A stretch of 64,000 bases of DNA from assembly GCA_013239625.1 (NCBI GenBank), contig MU053629.1:4181567-4245566 (forward strand), written 5' to 3'. How positions within the stretch are numbered: position 1 is the stretch's first letter; every line of letters starts with the position of its first letter. Below are positions 60,946 to 64,000 of the stretch, in pieces. Below the pieces are notes generated by a model, which did no database searches, was not told where the DNA came from, and saw only the letters and a program-made list of their open reading frames with translations. This DNA is from Lama guanicoe (Eukaryota). Both the position numbers and the translations under genes were made by a program.

Positions 60946-61656
60946 CCCGGGCGCCAGGTCACAGCTGCTCACAGGCCATGTCACCACAGGAGATGTTGTT
61001 TGACAGGGACAGGGCACTGCCGTGGCTGGTGTGCCAGCCCCAGCCAGGCTGGGGACAGTTGCAGAACCAAGCCTGGTGTGCAGTCGGAGCCCCCGCTCCT
61101 GCCCTGCTCACGCCCGACCGCGGTGGATGGTGGCACCAGGGTCAGCATGCACACAGCCCTTAAACTGAAGGGACTCCTGAGATGTCTGCAGTGCAGCCTC
61201 TGACCAGTTAAAATGCCCTTTAAGTTCCCTCTTTGCCTCCCCTCCTCATCACAAACATCAACGGAATAAGAGGAGGGTTCTCCTTGCTTCCTAACGTGTA
61301 AGGGAGGGACTGGGTGGGTGTGGAGAGTGATTGGAGATGGCCAATGTGCTGTCACCTCCCTTCTCAGTGTCCCTGTGGTCCTCACAGTTGCCCCTAAAGA
61401 ACTTTCATCTTCTTGCTCAGCCCTGTGCCCATCTGCACACCTCCACCTGGCCTGAACCCTTTCAGAGCACGAATCAGTGCTATTCCCTCTGTGGTGGGGT
61501 GGGAGAACGCACCCCAGGGCCTGGAGGGCTCCGGGTGCGCCCTGCCAGCCCGGGAGCCCTCGGCCTTCCTTGGTGGCCTCTGTGTTCTCCTCCTGACCCC
61601 TTCCAGCTCGAACAGAGGTTCTCTGATCTCCCACACCGTGGGGGTGAGACACCTGA

Positions 61657-61968
<312 letters not shown>

Positions 61969-61970
61969 CG

Positions 61971-62186
61971 NNNNNNNNNNNNNNNNNNNNNNNNNNNNNN
62001 NNNNNNNNNNNNNNNNNNNNNNNNNNNNNNNNNNNNNNNNNNNNNNNNNNNNNNNNNNNNNNNNNNNNNNNNNNNNNNNNNNNNNNNNNNNNNNNNNNNN
62101 NNNNNNNNNNNNNNNNNNNNNNNNNNNNNNNNNNNNNNNNNNNNNNNNNNNNNNNNNNNNNNNNNNNNNNNNNNNNNNNNNNNNNN
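61971..62186. other. Assembly gap (216 N) inside SMAD3 intron 2
   Basis: Run of Ns between exon 2 and exon 3. Confidence 0.99.
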
Positions 62187-62188
62187 TA

Positions 62189-62482
<294 letters not shown>

Positions 62483-63189
62483 TGAGGTGCCGCGCAGCCC
62501 CGGGCTCCGTCCCCCGTCACCCCGTCTCTGCACACACGCTGGCCCGAGGCCCCTGACTCAGAACCGCATCCCTGTTGGGAGAGGACCCATGGCCTTGGCT
62601 CCCCGCTCACTAATGATGCTTTTCTTGGCACGGGGGAGCGGCGGCGTGACCCTTCCGCCCGGCCTCGGTGCAGTCATTTATTTTGGAAGCGGAAATAGCA
62701 ACGCTGTGTTTCTCTCACCGCCCTCGCGGCTGGGGCTGGAGTTCAGGCAGGATCCCCGATGGCCCGGGGGCCTGCAGAGGCAGTGGGGCTGGGCCGCGCG
62801 CAGAGATCTGGCCTTGTAAGTAAGCCTGGGGGGGCTCAAAACCTGGGTGGGAGGCATTCAGCCACGGGGAGAAGTGGGCTCCACTGTCAGAGCGCAGTTG
62901 TTTTTAGAAGCCCCTCATTTACATGCAAATAAAGTGTGAATCACCAGCACTCTGGGCGTCCAGGAAAACCAATTGGCCAGTCCCAGCGCAGGGACTGTGA
63001 CTGCGGCGGTGATGCCCGCGTTCCTCTCGGAGCCGTCTGGTGGGGATGAGCCCTGCACCCTGGGCGAGCTCACTGTGCTGAGGTTGACCACAGGCCTGCG
63101 GGTGGGGGTCAGAGCATTAATGAGAGACCCGCTTTACAGATGCAGCCTTTCATCCTTCACAGGCGGTGCTGGCCCCTAGGGGAGGGTTG

Positions 63190-63710
63190 CCCCCCACTGC
63201 TCATTCAGCAAAGCTTAGGAGAGCTGTGTCAGGGTCTGGGGGTCATTCAGAGAAATCGAGCCACTGTCTCTGCTGTCATGGGACTTGGCGTCCCAGTTGG
63301 GAAGCTAAGACATCCCATGGAGAGACATGTGCATTTGCACGGGAGCAGGCAGCAGAGCCAAAGGGCCGTTTGAGGCTGGCACCCTTCAGAGAGCAGAGAT
63401 GAGGGAGGCTGGGCTGAGTCCACAGCCTCCCTGGAGAGGGGAGCTCAAACCTGGCCTGGAAGGATGGGGAGAAGTTGAGCCTGGCAGAGGCTCCAGGAAC
63501 AGGCGTTTACAGACTTGGGAGTTGGGACCATGTGGACAAAGGCGGCAATGATCCGATCCGGGCGGGAAGCAGCGGGGAGGTTGAGGGATGCGAGGACAGC
63601 GGGGCCCAGGCTCTGAGGCCCAGCACCTGCTCCTGGCATAGTGGTGAGAGTGTGGGACGGGTTAGCAGAAGGTGTCTCTAGAGCCAAATCATGGAGGCCA
63701 TTTAATGAAC
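63190..63710 (-). mobile_element. Degenerate L2 fragment in intron 3
   Basis: ctcattcagcaa...; gagctcaaacctggcctggaaggatgg...ggcagaggctccaggaacag; gagccaaatcatggaggccatt. Confidence 0.5.
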
Positions 63711-63731
63711 CACTTTCCTTCCGATTCCCAG

Positions 63732-63806
63732 AAACCCCACCCCCGGGCTACCTGAGTGAAGATGGAGAGACCAGTGACCACCAGATGAACCACAGCATGG
63801 ATGCAG
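63732..63806 (+). CDS. SMAD3: SMAD3 coding exon 4 (75 bp): linker with T179 phosphosite and PPGY (PY) motif
   Basis: Acceptor ttcccAG|AAACCCC and donor GCAG|GTcaga. Encodes (E)[24 protein letters not shown](G), visible inside ORF 63641..63970. Confidence 0.98.
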
Positions 63807-63840
63807 GTCAGAGTCAGGGCTATGCTCTTAATCCTGAGTG

Positions 63841-63918
63841 CCCTCCCTCTTTTCCTCCCTCCCTCCCTCTCTCTTTCCCTCCATCGATCCCTCCCTCCCT
63901 CCCTTTGTCCCCCTTTCC
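63841..63918. repeat. (CCCT)n-like pyrimidine microsatellite just 3' of exon 4
   Basis: ccctccctcttttcctccctccctccctctctctttccctcc... Confidence 0.85.
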
Positions 63919-64000
63919 AATATTTAGAGTGATCACTATGTGCCCGGCCCCAGGCCAGGTGCTGGGATAGAGGAGGAGCTTAAGCTGCTCAGCTGGTGGG

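Overview
This is mammalian (eutherian) genomic DNA on the + strand of SMAD3. About 61.7 kb (1-61745) is the 3' part of the large first intron. It is followed by coding exons 2 (61746-61939), 3 (62334-62465) and 4 (63732-63806), which splice in frame to encode the C-terminal part of MH1 and the start of the linker, including the T-P-P-P-G-Y phospho/PY motif. Exon 1 and the MH2 exons lie outside the window. Five copies of an Ala-tRNA-derived SINE resembling camelid Vic-1, plus artiodactyl-type L1 3' ends, suggest a camelid (alpaca/camel) draft assembly; there are two N gaps. The intron is a mosaic of old repeats (MER21 LTR, L1M, L2, MIR, MER3/20/33/94/103/5A) and several CpG-rich or motif-dense islands that look like intronic enhancers or alternative promoters. 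The points most worth follow-up are: a near-perfect 503-bp tandem duplication (recent CNV or assembly artefact), a CpG-rich candidate internal promoter at ~24 kb that could drive an MH1-truncated SMAD3 from a strong-Kozak Met in exon 2, a perfect DR5 RARE and other nuclear-receptor repeats, an AP-1/homeobox/ETS module at 49.4 kb, and a SINE with an unusually long target-site duplication. I see no evidence of a novel protein-coding or multi-gene system; almost all ORFs in the track are chance or repeat-derived. Repeat subfamily names come from recalled consensus sequences, not from a search, and their boundaries are approximate.
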